64,000 nucleotides of DNA from contig CAVTBZ010000003.1 of the NCBI GenBank assembly GCA_963733045.1, forward strand, positions 31,223 through 95,222, written 5' to 3'. The DNA is from an uncultured Methanoregulaceae archaeon. GTDB lineage: Archaea > Halobacteriota > Methanomicrobia > Methanomicrobiales > Methanospirillaceae. The position numbers were made by a program, and so were the translations under genes. Every line of letters begins with the position of its first letter. Position 1 is the first letter of the stretch. The notes beneath the pieces are model-generated. The model saw only the letters and a program-made list of their open reading frames with translations, made no database searches and was not told the origin of the DNA. Positions 34,520 to 46,975 of the stretch are shown piece by piece.

Positions 34520-36334
34520 TTATAATTCCACCCTGGTTACCACGCCGTGGATCTTATCTGACGGCAGCTTGTAGAACTGGACCATTGAGGGAGTCAGGCG
34601 TTTTATTGCTGCAAAGATTCGCCAGACCGGATGGGTGGTGACAATGTCTTCCATACCATAGAAGATAGTCTTTTCATCAATCTCGGCTTCTTTTAAGATT
34701 GCACCGATATCGACAATTTCCATATACCCTAAGTATATCTCAAAGATGGAGAGTCCTTGTGCAATCTCGCGGGTGACTCCCCATGTCACGCCAAAGGGCT
34801 GTTCCGTCCGGATGATTGATACGATAATATTATCCTCATACATAATGTTGTTCGTAAACATTATCCGGGGGATATACTGGGGTACCTTGCGGAAGTCGCG
34901 TGCGAAAAATAATGCAGAGCCCGAAATCCTGTTGATGGAATTATATACCTCCTCAAACTGTTTTAAGAAATCGTCAATGGGAACCGGTTTCAGGGCTGCG
35001 GCGAGTTTTTTCTGGCCGTATACATAGATCATGATGATAGCAAACGGGATGAATGCAACCAACAGGGAGATATAACCGCCATTGGGAATTTTATTCAGTG
35101 TGGCAAAGAGAAATACAAAATTTACTCCCATTACGCAGAATGCGAGAATTGTTTTGATGATATCACCGCGGATTAAGAAAATGGATGTTATGAGAATTCC
35201 CGTGATAACCATATCCCCGCTTACGGCGAGTCCATAGGCAAGTGTAAGATTATTCGATGTTCTGAAAATCAGAATCACGAGAAGGACCGCAAAAAGCAAG
35301 AGCCAGTTCATTACATCGATATAGATCTGGGACCTGAGGTGGATGGATGTATATTCTATTTTCAGCAGGGGCATGATGCGTGTGGTAATTCCCTGGTAGA
35401 TAATGGAAAAAATCCCTGATATCATTGCCTGGGACGCAATGACCGTTGCTGCAATACTCAGTAAGAGAAATGGGATATACAGTAACTGCATCTGGGAAAA
35501 TACCATTTCAAAAAGAATATTTTCAGCACCCGGGTGTGTCATAATAAACGCTCCCTGGCCAAGATAGTTCAGGACCAGGGCAAAAAAAACAATATACCAT
35601 GCCCGGATAATCGGATCTCTGCCGAGGTGCCCCATATCAGCATACAGGGCTTCGCTGCCCGTTGCACACAGGATTACTGATGACAGGATGAGAATCCCTG
35701 CAAGGCCGTTCCCCAGCAGGTAATTGATGCCATACATTGGATTGATAGCGAGAATGACCGAAGGTGCATTAAAAAGTGCCACCAGTCCAAAACCGGCAAG
35801 TGCCAGAAACCACACAACCATGACCGGCCCAAAGGTCCATGCAACCCGCTCGGTACCTTTGGTCTGGAATGAAAAAAGGGCGATCGCAATAATGCCGGCA
35901 AGGATCATAAGAATCGTTTGCGGAGTATCCCCAAAGCCGGGTATAAGAAGGATGCCTTCAACTGCTGACAGAATGCTGATTGCAGGAGTAATAACTCCAT
36001 CACCGATAAATAATGAAATCCCGATAATAGCGAGCAATGAAACAAATACAACTTTATTTCCGGATTTCAGGAGGGGAAGGAGCGTCTCCTTGAGCACGAT
36101 TGTCCCTCCCTCACCTTTTTTCCCAAGATGCATCGCAAGAAACGTATATTCAACGGTTACAAGGATCGTAAGAGTCCAGATGATCAGGGACAGAATACCC
36201 ATTACGTTATCGGGGGTGGGGGGGATGAGAAGGAAAATTGCGGTGAGAGCGTAGATGGGACTTGTTCCGATATCGCCAAAGACAAGTCCCATGGACTTGA
36301 CGATTTCGGACATGGATACAGTGTGTTTCGGCAT
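34520..36334 (-). CDS. kup: KUP/HAK/KT potassium transporter
   Basis: GLVFGDIGTSPIYA, GEGG, DGVITPAISILSAVEG, EALYADMGH. Confidence 0.96.
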   Translation of the reverse strand: MPKHTVSMSEIVKSMGLVFGDIGTSPIYALTAIFLLIPPTPDNVMGILSLIIWTLTILVTVEYTFLAMHLGKKGEGGTIVLKETLLPLLKSGNKVVFVSLLAIIGISLFIGDGVITPAISILSAVEGILLIPGFGDTPQTILMILAGIIAIALFSFQTKGTERVAWTFGPVMVVWFLALAGFGLVALFNAPSVILAINPMYGINYLLGNGLAGILILSSVILCATGSEALYADMGHLGRDPIIRAWYIVFFALVLNYLGQGAFIMTHPGAENILFEMVFSQMQLLYIPFLLLSIAATVIASQAMISGIFSIIYQGITTRIMPLLKIEYTSIHLRSQIYIDVMNWLLLFAVLLVILIFRTSNNLTLAYGLAVSGDMVITGILITSIFLIRGDIIKTILAFCVMGVNFVFLFATLNKIPNGGYISLLVAFIPFAIIMIYVYGQKKLAAALKPVPIDDFLKQFEEVYNSINRISGSALFFARDFRKVPQYIPRIMFTNNIMYEDNIIVSIIRTEQPFGVTWGVTREIAQGLSIFEIYLGYMEIVDIGAILKEAEIDEKTIFYGMEDIVTTHPVWRIFAAIKRLTPSMVQFYKLPSDKIHGVVTRVEL

Positions 36335-36414
36335 TCCTTCAATACCAATTAGTGGAAATAGGAATAATCCTTTCTCTTTTTCTTTAAAAAAACGAATGAA
36401 TGGAAAAATTGAGA

Positions 36415-38232
36415 TTACATCTCTACCCGGGTTATAACCCCATGGATCTTATCCGGAGGCAATTTATAGAACTGGACTACAGAGGGTGTCAGTCGTTTTA
36501 TTGCTGAAAAAATCTGCCATACCGGGTTCGTTGTAATGATTTCTTCCATTCCATAAAAAATGGTCTTTTCCTGAACACCCGCTTCATTCAGGATATCCCC
36601 GATATCAACAATCTCCATATATCCAAGATATATTTCAAAAATTGACAGGCCTTTTGTGATTTCACGGGTGAAACCCCATATGATACCAAATGGTTGTTCT
36701 GTCCTGATAATGGAGACAAGGATATTTTCATCATACATGATGGTATTGGTGAACATAATCCGAAGGATAAATTGAGGGATCCTGCGGAAGTCGCGTAGAA
36801 AGAAGAGTGCAGATCCCGGAATGCGGTTTGCGGTAGTATAAGCCTTTTTAAAATTAGAGAGAAAATCCTCCCATGTTACGGGAACTAACGTGGCTGCAAG
36901 TTTTTTCTGCCCTTTGATATAGATGAAAATAATACAAAACGGAATAAATGCGATCACAAGAGACCAGAATCCCCCGGAGGGTATTTTATTGATATTTGCG
37001 AGCAGGAACAGGAAATCTACCCCGATCACCCCAATTGCTAAAAGGCTCAGGATTATCCTGCCGCGCAGGATTAAAATCCAGGCCATCATGATTCCGGTAA
37101 TTGCCATCGTGCCGCTTACCGCGAGTCCATATGCATGCGCCAGATTATTCGACGATCCAAAAATAATAATGACAAGGAGAACTGCCCCCAGTAAAAGCCA
37201 GTTGATTACATCAATATAAATTTGTGAACGAAGGTGAGGTGAGGTGAAATCAATTTTAAGCAGGGGCATTATCCGTGTCGTGATACCCTGGTAAACAATG
37301 GAAAAAATGCCGGAAATCATAGCCTGCGAAGCAATTATGGTAGCTGCGATACTTAACAGAAGAAATGGAATATACAGGATTCCAAACTCCGATAATATCA
37401 TTTCGAACAGGATGCTATGGACGCCGGGGTGTGTCAGTAAAAATGCTCCCTGTCCGAAATAACATAAAGCCAGTGCGATAAAAACAAGGTGCCATGCCTG
37501 TATAATCGGTTCCCTGCCCAGGTGTCCCATATCTGCGTACAGTGCTTCACCACCGGTAGCAACCAGGATGACTGACGACAGGATGAGGAACCCTGCAATC
37601 CCGTGATGTGTCAGGTAATTGACTCCATACAACGGATTGATTGCAAGCAGTACCTGGGGGGCGGATAGTAATGCAATAAAACCGGCTCCTGCCAGTGCGA
37701 TAAACCAGAGGACCATGATAGGGCCAAATGTCCAGGCAATCCGTTCGGTGCCTTTTGTCTGGAATAAAAAGAGCCCGATTGCGATGATACACGCAATGAT
37801 CATAAGTGTTGTCTGGGTGGTATATTCAAATGAGGGAATGAGCAGGATACCTTCAACTGCGGAAAGAATGCTGATTGCAGGTGTGATAACACCATCGCCG
37901 ACAAACAGTGCAATGCCGATAATTGTAAGGGTGGAAACAAACGTGACTTGTTTTCTGGATTTCAACAGTGGCAGAAGAATTTCTTTTAATACAATTGTAC
38001 CCCCCTCTCCCTTTTTTCCCAGGTTCATGGCAAGAAACGTGTATTCAATGGTCACCAGGATTGTCAGTGTCCATATGACCAGCGAAAGAATTCCCATTAC
38101 ATTTTCAGGTGTTGGGGGGATAATTAAAAAGATTGCAGTAAGGGCATAAATGGGACTTGTGCCAATATCGCCAAATACGAGGCCTATTGATTTGACAATT
38201 CCCTTACCGGAATTTTGTTTTTGCATTATCAA
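36415..38232 (-). CDS. kup: KUP/HAK/KT potassium transporter (tandem paralogue)
   Basis: Same signature motifs as 34520-36334. Confidence 0.96.
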   Translation of the reverse strand: MIMQKQNSGKGIVKSIGLVFGDIGTSPIYALTAIFLIIPPTPENVMGILSLVIWTLTILVTIEYTFLAMNLGKKGEGGTIVLKEILLPLLKSRKQVTFVSTLTIIGIALFVGDGVITPAISILSAVEGILLIPSFEYTTQTTLMIIACIIAIGLFLFQTKGTERIAWTFGPIMVLWFIALAGAGFIALLSAPQVLLAINPLYGVNYLTHHGIAGFLILSSVILVATGGEALYADMGHLGREPIIQAWHLVFIALALCYFGQGAFLLTHPGVHSILFEMILSEFGILYIPFLLLSIAATIIASQAMISGIFSIVYQGITTRIMPLLKIDFTSPHLRSQIYIDVINWLLLGAVLLVIIIFGSSNNLAHAYGLAVSGTMAITGIMMAWILILRGRIILSLLAIGVIGVDFLFLLANINKIPSGGFWSLVIAFIPFCIIFIYIKGQKKLAATLVPVTWEDFLSNFKKAYTTANRIPGSALFFLRDFRRIPQFILRIMFTNTIMYDENILVSIIRTEQPFGIIWGFTREITKGLSIFEIYLGYMEIVDIGDILNEAGVQEKTIFYGMEEIITTNPVWQIFSAIKRLTPSVVQFYKLPPDKIHGVITRVEM

Positions 38233-38294
38233 GCTGTCATCAACATGGTGAGTGTATAATCCTTTCTCTGGAGAAAAAGGGATTTTATTATATA

Positions 38295-39312
38295 TTAAAA
38301 GAAGGTTTCCCGCGCTTTTTTCTCTTCAACATACATCCGGTAACTGGTGATGATCAGGACAATGATGACCGGGCCTAAGACAAAACCTGCAAGTCCCATG
38401 GTGAGGATCCCGCTGATGATGCCGATAAACATGATTAACGGGTGAATTTTAACGCGCCTGCCCACGAGCACCGGACGGACATAGATCTCCGGTAAGCAGG
38501 AAACGACCAGGTAACCAAGGAGAAATAAAATAAATACTCCCCGTGTATCGCCAATCGCGAAAGCATACGTACCAATCAGGATAAATGCAACCGATGATCC
38601 GAGGATGGGAATCAGACTCACAGAATGCGGCGAGGAAAGAATAAAAAATAATATTCCCGTATCCCAGCAGGTAAAAAACCGGTAGTGCAATAAAGAATGT
38701 GAGGACAGCAATTGCGATCTGGACGATATATATTGCATACAGGGTATCAACTGTCACTTCAGATAATTTACTGATATATCCCGTAAATACCAGGGGCACG
38801 TGGCGCGTGAGTTTCATTTTCAGTTCCTCTCCCCACCGGAGCAGTGAAAATAATGAAACAAATAACACGAGCATCTTGAACAATATGAGGGAGAGATTGC
38901 TGATAAGCGTCTTTTGGTAATCGACAAAAAGAGCGTTTCCCTCATCAAGGATCGCTGAGAGGGTTGCCTTGGTAACCGGAATACCAAAATCCATGGGATT
39001 GGTGGCAGGGTTGTTTAACCATATCCCGATGGATCCAAATAATTCTTTGAGTGTAGCGGCGTTTGTAGTCAGGACATAAAGGGTAATGATTATCACTATC
39101 GCCAATGCAATGAAGACAGCGAGCGTCACCATCACGGCCGAGACACGTGGCCGTGCATATTTTGAAATGTGGTGGTGCAGCGGAAGGAGAACGATTGCAA
39201 CTGATGCGCCCAGGAGCACCATATCCATCACCAGCCAGAAAATCACAAACGCTATGAGGGTGAGTACAATAATCAGAACGAACGGGAACAGATCGGTCCG
39301 GTGCGATTTCAT
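38295..39312 (-). CDS. AI-2E family transporter, frameshifted
   Basis: LIPILG, YVRPVLVG, IHPL, GLAGFVLGP. Confidence 0.88.
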
Positions 39313-39429
39313 GATTGAATACGTAGTGTGCCGTACCAGAAATTAATAGGTGTGTTTTTTTAAATGAGAGTTTGCCAGAAAGAGCGATACCCATAACACT
39401 ATTAAATTACCAATCAGCTTGGATATCTG

Positions 39430-40944
39430 ATGAAGAGTACCGAGCATATCGTCATGATCGCGCACGACATGGGGCTCATTTTTGAGTTCCTTGGCATCGC
39501 GTCATTGCTGCCTTTTCTTGTACTCGTCATTTTCGGTGAATGGGATATGCTGCTTCCCATGGCCTCTGCCCCCCTCCTGTTTCTGGTATTTGGCGGAATA
39601 ACCTCGCATATCTCGTATAAAGACCTCGAGCCTTCGTTTTCCGGTACCCTTCTCGCTGTTGCATTCTCATGGTTCGCAATTGCCCTGATCGGTGCACTTC
39701 CCTTTGTGTTCGGGTTGCACATGTCCTACACGGACAGTGTTTTTGAGGCAATGTCAGGATGGACAGGGACCGGTTTTTCAATGATAACCTCCCTTGACAC
39801 CACTCCCAAAACGCTTCTTTTCTGGCGGTCATTTACCCAGTGGATCGGGGGTATCGGAATCATCGCTTTCGGGATTTCATTGCGACGGAAAACCCGGGTC
39901 TCATTGTTCCGGTTGTATCGTGCGGAAGGACGCGAAGAAGAACTGATGTCCTCGGCCGTATCAACCAGCCGGCGGATGTGGATGATCTATCTTGTGTTAA
40001 CGTTTTCATTCACCGGTCTCATCATGCTTGCAGGTATACCGTTATGGGATTCGCTGAATCTGGTGATGGTTGCTATTGCGACAGGAGGTTTTACGGTTCA
40101 TACGGGTGGGCTGGCATATTACAACAACCCGCTTCTTGAAATCCTGTTGATTCCGGTGATGTTTGCAGGTGCGATTCCCTTTAAGGTCTTCTTTTTTCTG
40201 TATCATGGGAAAATCCGCGAGATGTTTCGCGATAAAACCGTTAAAATACTGGTGCTGATAGCCCTTGCAGGATCGCTTATCACATCCTGGGACCTGTATA
40301 TCTTTAGCAATCTGCCGGTCACTACAGCACTTCGCCAGGGAACATTTACCGCTGTATCGGGCCTCTGCACCTGTGGACTGCAGAACTCTGATCCGCATCA
40401 CTGGGTCGTCATCCCTATTGCCATTGTCGCGATGATGATGTTCATCGGTGGGGCAATGGGAAGTGCTGCCGGGGGAATCAAGGTGAACCGTGTAATGCTC
40501 GCGTATGAAGGAATAAAGTGGTGGTTCCGGCGTTTCTTTGTAAGCAGCCGGGTACTGGTGCCACTCCATTTTGGCGGGCGAACTCTTTCCAGGGAGATCT
40601 CGGATCTTGCGATCTCGAAGAATATGCTCGTTATCATTGTCTATGTTCTGACAATATTTGTTGCAACTATTGTTTCCCTGCACGTGTATATCACCTCGTT
40701 CAGGCTTGAAGAAGTAATCTTTGAACTTGTTTCCGCGCTAAGTAATGTCGGTCTCACTATCGGGTTCATCTCCGCAGCGAGTCCCCTTTCCATTAAATGG
40801 ATTTTTATTATTCTGATGTGGCTGGGAAGACTTGAGATCGTTCCGGTGATAATTATTGCACTGGGTGTTTTCAAGGGGATACAGGAGGATATTACAAAAC
40901 AGAAACCGGCGCCTCCGGTGTACGATCATCAGGACATGTATTAG
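39430..40944 (+). CDS. trkH: TrkH family potassium uptake protein
   Basis: FEAMSGWTGTG, QWIGGIG, ATGGF, GGAMGSAAGGIK, SALSNVG. Confidence 0.93.
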   Translation: MKSTEHIVMIAHDMGLIFEFLGIASLLPFLVLVIFGEWDMLLPMASAPLLFLVFGGITSHISYKDLEPSFSGTLLAVAFSWFAIALIGALPFVFGLHMSYTDSVFEAMSGWTGTGFSMITSLDTTPKTLLFWRSFTQWIGGIGIIAFGISLRRKTRVSLFRLYRAEGREEELMSSAVSTSRRMWMIYLVLTFSFTGLIMLAGIPLWDSLNLVMVAIATGGFTVHTGGLAYYNNPLLEILLIPVMFAGAIPFKVFFFLYHGKIREMFRDKTVKILVLIALAGSLITSWDLYIFSNLPVTTALRQGTFTAVSGLCTCGLQNSDPHHWVVIPIAIVAMMMFIGGAMGSAAGGIKVNRVMLAYEGIKWWFRRFFVSSRVLVPLHFGGRTLSREISDLAISKNMLVIIVYVLTIFVATIVSLHVYITSFRLEEVIFELVSALSNVGLTIGFISAASPLSIKWIFIILMWLGRLEIVPVIIIALGVFKGIQEDITKQKPAPPVYDHQDMY

Positions 40945-41336
40945 AAAAGATACATTATCCGATCACGCCGCCGTTTCCTGCCATACAAAAAGATTGCAAC
41001 TGCAAGGATTAAGAGTCCTGCAACAAGTATCAGATTTTTTATTGCCTTGTCAATGACCCAGAGTATTAATCCTGAAAAAATGGTCAGAGCGGTAGGCGCT
41101 GGCGGGGATATCTCTTTTTCCAGGACAGGAGCCTGGATTGTTGTTACTGGTGCAGAATGTGGTGGAGAAACCGCCCTGGTGAATAGCGCGAAACAACAGA
41201 AATGCGATGCATGGGTAGTAAAAACCCCGGTTTCCGGGTTATATGTGGTGGGATTATCCTCCCAGGTTGCTGAGGTGTGATTTTCGTGAATCGTGACAAC
41301 TTCCACAATCGGTATCTTCCACACGCACCTCATTCT
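40941..41336 (-). pseudogene. Fragment of a surface-protein C-terminal domain with TM anchor
   Basis: WEDNPTTY...SHFCCFALF, Pro/Thr linker, TM, RKRRR; no clear signal peptide. Confidence 0.45.
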
Positions 41337-41379
41337 TAATCTGGATGAAGCGCAAATAATGGTGGAATAACGGAGCACA

Positions 41380-42588
41380 ATGGCAGAGGTTAAGATTGTC
41401 GGGACAGCACATGTCTCACAGCAGAGCGTCGATGAGGTGCGGGCAGCGATCGGGGATTTTAAGCCCGATGTCGTAGCCATAGAACTTGATTCTGCACGGT
41501 TTACCGCCATTAAAAAACAGGCGCAGGATCCTTCGGTAAGTGACGTGCTGGAAGTGAAGAACTTCAATTCGCTCCTTGTCCAGTGGTTGCTTGCCTATCT
41601 CCAGCGCAAGATCGGGATCGATGTCGGTGTTGAGCCCGGCGCAGAAATGAAAATTGCAATCGAAGAGGCAGAACAACGGGGTATTCCCATAGCTCTGGTA
41701 GACCGGGATATCCGCCTGACACTCCTGCGCTTCTGGAGTTCGCTGGGAATTTTTGAAAAGATCAAGATGTTCTGGGCGTTAATTACCTCGATCAGCTGAA
41801 ATCGATAACGGGCAGGAGATCGATATCGAGTCGCTTAAGGAACAGAACGTAATCGATGCGGTTATGGAGGAATTCCGGAAGTTCTCTCCGAATGGTGCAC
41901 GTGCGTTAATCGATGAACGCGATGCTTTCATCGCCCACCAGCTCATCTTATTGAAAGTCCAGAGGCCACAAGGACGTATCCTCGCGGTGGTTGGAGCCGG
42001 ACACCGCCAGGGGATTTCAAATTATCTTGACAAACCAGACACGCTCCCTCCCTATGATCCTCTCATAAGGGAACCCGCATCATTTCCCTGGGCAAAAGTG
42101 TTTGGATTTGGCGTAACAGCCATTTTCATTTTGCTGCTCGCCGCGATTGCATTCTCCGGTGTTGGTCTGGATGTGCTGCTCTATGCGTTCCTCTTCTGGG
42201 TGATCATCCATGGGGTACTTCTCTGCACTGTTCACGCTTCTCGCCGGAGGGCATCCCTACTCGGCCCTGACGTGTTTCTGTGTTGCATGGTTTACCTCGC
42301 TCAACCCCATGATCCAGGCAGGCTGGATTGGTGCATATGTTGAGGCAAAGGTGAGAAAACCACCCGTCTCTGACTTCCGGAAAATATATCGAATCTGAGA
42401 CCCTGACCGATATGTCAAGAATCCCGCTCTTCCGGGTTGTTCTTGTCGCGACTCTCGGCAATCTCGGCAGTATCCTGGGCACAGTCTTCTATTTCATCTT
42501 CGTTTTCCCGGTGCTGGGAATTGATCCCCGTATCGTGATCTCGGCCGGACTCCACAATATGTGGGTATTTGCAACCGGGTGGATGTAA
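41380..42588 (+). CDS. TraB/PrgY/GumN family protein, frameshifted
   Basis: VGTAHVS, VAIELD, PGAEM, LIDERD, VVGAGH. Confidence 0.9.
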
Positions 42589-43255
42589 AAATCTTTTTCC
42601 TTTTTTCCCGGGCTTGAAATGTCAGGAATGACCGACCAATCCTGCTTATTCAGATAACAAATCCTCTTTTTCTTATCATATCATCTCTTTGTCGTGACAA
42701 AATATCGCAAAAAAATCATGACTATCAGCGAAAAAAACCTGAAATATTCGTCTATTCTCGATCCTTGGTAAACAGGTCGCCAAGGGCGTTTAGAGTGCCG
42801 ATCCTGTTCATGATTTAATGAAGTAAGCACGAGATTAAAACTCACGCATTTTTTGGGTATCGAAATTGGGGTTCATAATGTGGATATCTTGCCAAATAAG
42901 TCTTGAATTTTAGATTTTTGATGAGAGCCCAATCGGAGTATTTTACAGGGAGAAAAAATTACAATCAGGAAGTCCGACATGTTTTCTATTAAGGGAAGAG
43001 TGGTTTTTACAGGATCCGGGTTTGTTGTCGTGTGGTATCATGAACATGAGACCCGAGAAAGAATTTTTCATAACCCACTATCCCCTGAAAGAGAAAAGAC
43101 CATATTTTCCAATCGGCATCGCAATAACAGTTATACCCAAAGATATCTGAAAGAGTCCATGAATAAATTCAAGGACAGAAGAACCATTCGTAGGTCCGGT
43201 GAATGTTAATCGCAGCGGATAATCTGAATACTCCGTGATAAATAAATGAAATCTA

Positions 43256-44258
43256 GGCTCTGTTGAAACCCTGAAGTTTCCGTGGATGAGGTTAATAGCA
43301 ATAAGTTGCTCCTTGTAAAAGTTATGGCAAACCCAAACAAGGAGCACTACTTCTTCTCAAATTAGAAGTATATTTGTTTTCTGACATCGTGCCAGAATGC
43401 GGTTAGGCTGACCGGTGTCCCAGAATACTCCTCACGCTTTTGAGGAGGGATTTCACTCAGGATCAATTACTCACGTTACTTTTATTCAAAGAATATCTGG
43501 GAACTCATTATAGTGATTTGGTACAACTTGTTGAGATCATGGGCATTGTCCAGGAACAATTGCAACTCAATGAGATCCCCCATTATTCCACTCTCTGTAA
43601 ATTTTCAAAACGAGTTCCTGCAACCGTCTTAAACCAGTTATTCCGAAAAGCGTGTTCATTCATGACGGAATGGAAAAACTTCTCGTCGGTAGTTGCAATT
43701 GACTCATCCGGTTTTCACACCGGACTCTTCCAGGACCCTATTACTCTGTCAGAACCGGGAAGACCCGTCATGACTATCTCAAAACGACAATCTCCGTAGA
43801 TTCGGATCGTATCTACCTGCTAGCATTTCACGTCACAAATAATCGACGCCACGATTCACAAATAGCTCCGATCGTACTTCGTGCATCGAATCGGGTAAAA
43901 AAATCAAGGTGTTACGTGATGGATAAGGGCTACGATTCTGAACGTATTCACCAGTTGATCCATGAGGATTTGGAATCTCAATCCATGATTCCAATCAGAA
44001 ACTGGCTCGCCTCTTATGTTTCTGGAAAATATCGACAGATAATGGCTAACTCCTTCGACGAAAAACCTACGGCCGTAGAAATATGGCCGAAACGGTTTTT
44101 TCGATCTTGAAAAGACTCTTCGGGGAGACTATCTACTCTCGATCTTACCGTCTGCAAGTAAAAGAAATCAAGTTGAAATGTATCATTTTCTCCATCGATC
44201 GTTTCCTCAAAAATCAGCGGGTGTTCAATGTGCTATGACGCGTTATTTCAACAGAGCC
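43256..44258 (+). mobile_element. IS5/IS4-like insertion sequence (~1.0 kb)
   Basis: Perfect 13-bp terminal inverted repeats ggctctgttgaaa/tttcaacagagcc around a DDE transposase. Confidence 0.9.
43324..44238 (+). CDS. DDE transposase (IS5-like), frameshifted
   Basis: PHYSTLCKF, AIDSSG, RHD, DKGYDSE, AETVFS. Confidence 0.85.
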
Positions 44259-44423
44259 ACAATTTATATAAATGTTCAGTCTGGATAAGGAAAATACGCA
44301 TAGGCAACATTATTCTGCAATACTAAAAAATGCGAAAATAATAGAGCCCCCTCAAAAAACACAGCCTTGGTGATTCTGCTTTTTCAGGCTGATGGATGGC
44401 TTATTCAGCCCCAGAGTTTTGTC

Positions 44424-46969
44424 ATGAAAATCTTTAGAAATCAGATAATTCTGTTAACGGTATTTTTCTTACTCATAATAATCATATCTTCAGCATCCGC
44501 TAAGATTGTAACTAACACTGGCTCAGCCGTATACAGCGGAGAACAGACGGTAATAAACGGAACGGCTCCCGGAGAACCGGGACCTGAATCTTTGAACGAA
44601 GCCGGTGATAATGATGGTATCCTTGACCCGTTGGATGTAAGTTTGTTGGAGACTGGTTCAAAAATCGGAGTTTTCCGGAATGGTGAATGGAAGCTGGATT
44701 ACAACAATGACGGAGTTACAGATTATTCCTTCTATTTTGGAACATCCACTGATATCCCGATTACCGGGGACTGGAATGGAGACGGCATTACGGAAAGCGG
44801 CGTTTTCCGACCATCTGCACAACAGTTCATCTTAAATACTTCACCAATAACACGAATTATCTTCGGTTTAAATACCGATATCCCGATTACCGGGGACTGG
44901 AATGGAGACGGCATTACAGATATTGGTGTATTCCGACCGTCTGCCCGGCAGTTCATCTTGAATACTTCACCAATAACCCGGATTACCTTTGGACTGAGCA
45001 CCCGATATTCCGGTCACCGGGGACTGGAATGGAGATGTCATAACAGATATTGGTGTATTCCGGAACGGAGTTTGGAAGCTGGATTACAACAATGATGGAG
45101 TTCCTGACGCAACGGTGAATTTTGGCACAACCGGTGATATCCCGATTACCGGGGACTGGAATGGAGACGGCAGTACGGATGCTGGTGTTTTCCGACCATC
45201 AACGCGTCAGTTCATTTTGAATACTGTACCAATAACCCGGATTACATACGGACTAAGCACGGATAAGCCGGTTTACCGGGAAATGGATTCAGACATCGTA
45301 TAAGGTCTATGCGGAAGTTGGGGAGTGGTCGCTTGTTGATTCAGCACGGGGATTCTGGGACAATATACGCAGTGGTCAATACGGAGGGATAACATGGGCC
45401 GATTCGGGGAGGGGATTATTAGTAAAGCCGTCAGGTCCTAGTTGTACTGGTGATTCCTGTCCCAGGGCAATTCACTGGACCAGTGATGCGAGTCAGTGGA
45501 TAGGCCAGGCAGATTTTCTATTTTATTCCGGTCATGGATTCCCAGAGGGTCTTGCTTTTACTGATGACTACGGTAACAACGCGTACTCTACAAATATGGG
45601 ATTGAATAGTACCGGGCGAGTCAAATGGGCTGTTCTAGATGCGTGTTCAGCGTTGAATGGTGATGGCGACGGGTGGCAGACCTGGGCCCTTTCATTCAAC
45701 AAGGGATTGCACATGCTGCTCGGATGGCACACCGATGTTTCACCATCAAATGATGATTATTCCAATTATCGGGGAGAGGCATTCGCCGAGCTTTTAAAAG
45801 GTACATATCCCGGTAACCCGACGCTTTATACAATTAGAGATGCTTGGTGGTTGGCGGGATGGTGCACTTATCAAAGACATCCCGGACATTCATCGTTCGA
45901 TATATATAATGCAGTCATATACTGGAATAACTGCGGAAATGATTACCTTCCCGGCTATGGCGATATATGTACTGAATCCGGGAGTAACGGAAACCATAAT
46001 TTGGGAACCCAGACTTGTATTTGCAAAAAACACTGCCGGCCGTACAAATTCCCTCCCGATGAACCTGACTGCTGAAAATTTTTCACTCATTGCATCTTTC
46101 CCTATTGCAGGGAATAATACTATGATATATGTGGCGTTGAAGTCTGGATATGCTAAAGAATGGGTCAGTTCACTTGCGAAGAATCTTGGAATGTCCGGTG
46201 ACATACGGGAAACGGAAGATTCATTTTATGCCGGCGATAAAGACAAAGAACAATTTCTTTTTGTTGTTCAGAAAAATTCTTCAATGATCCTGTTTAGGAA
46301 TAATAATAGGAGTTTCAATGGGATTTCAGATGCTCTGCAATCGGATAATCAATCTATATCCGTGGCGAATACGTTCCTGCAAGAAAATAATCTTCTGCCC
46401 TCTAAAAATCCGGAACCTCGAGTTGTAAATATTACCGCTGTGAGTTTTTCCGGCACGGGTGAACGTATAGGTGAACGGAAAACATATATTGTAATTTACC
46501 CTCAATTGATCGATGGATTGCCGGTATTCAATGCCCAGTTTAATGTTGAAGTAGATTCTGATGGAAATATAATCGGGTTTACCAGAAACTGGCGCGAATA
46601 TGAATCCTTCAAAGAGATCTCCCCGAAATCGCCAGAGGATGCATTCAGCGAGTTCCGGATCATCATACACAGAATTTCAAAGGACTACCGGAAAAAGTGA
46701 CCGTGACTAAAGTCCTACTCGGTTATCAAATAAACCAGTCGGGTGTTTCAGAATATCTCGAGCCGGTCTATATTTTTGAGGGAGATATCTACAACGAAAA
46801 TTCAACCGATCCTTTTGAACCGGTAGTGATAGCAGCAAACAAAGAGGGTGTGCAAGATGCGTTAATTCCCCTAACTTCTAACTATAAACCAGAAGTGATG
46901 AATAAAATCTCCGGTAATTTTTCTGCACCGGTCTCTAACACAATCGCAGCACAGAATACCCCTGGGTGA
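44424..46969 (+). CDS. Large secreted protein: FG-GAP/VCBS-like repeats, DUF6345-like domain and C-terminal domain; several frameshifts, possibly more than one gene
   Basis: Signal peptide; repeated DIPITGDWNGDGxTDxGVFR; YSGHG, WAVLDACS, GLHMLLGW; C-terminal YLEPVYIFEG. Confidence 0.65.
44750..45290 (+). repeat. Intragenic tandem repeats (~125 bp) encoding DWNGDG motifs
   Basis: gatatcccgattaccggggactggaatggagacggc recurs about four times. Confidence 0.85.
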
Positions 46970-46975
46970 GTTGAT

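Noticed and set aside
44750-45290. Regular repeats resembling a CRISPR array
   Set aside because: They are coding DWNGDG repeats with conserved intervening sequence, and no cas genes are present
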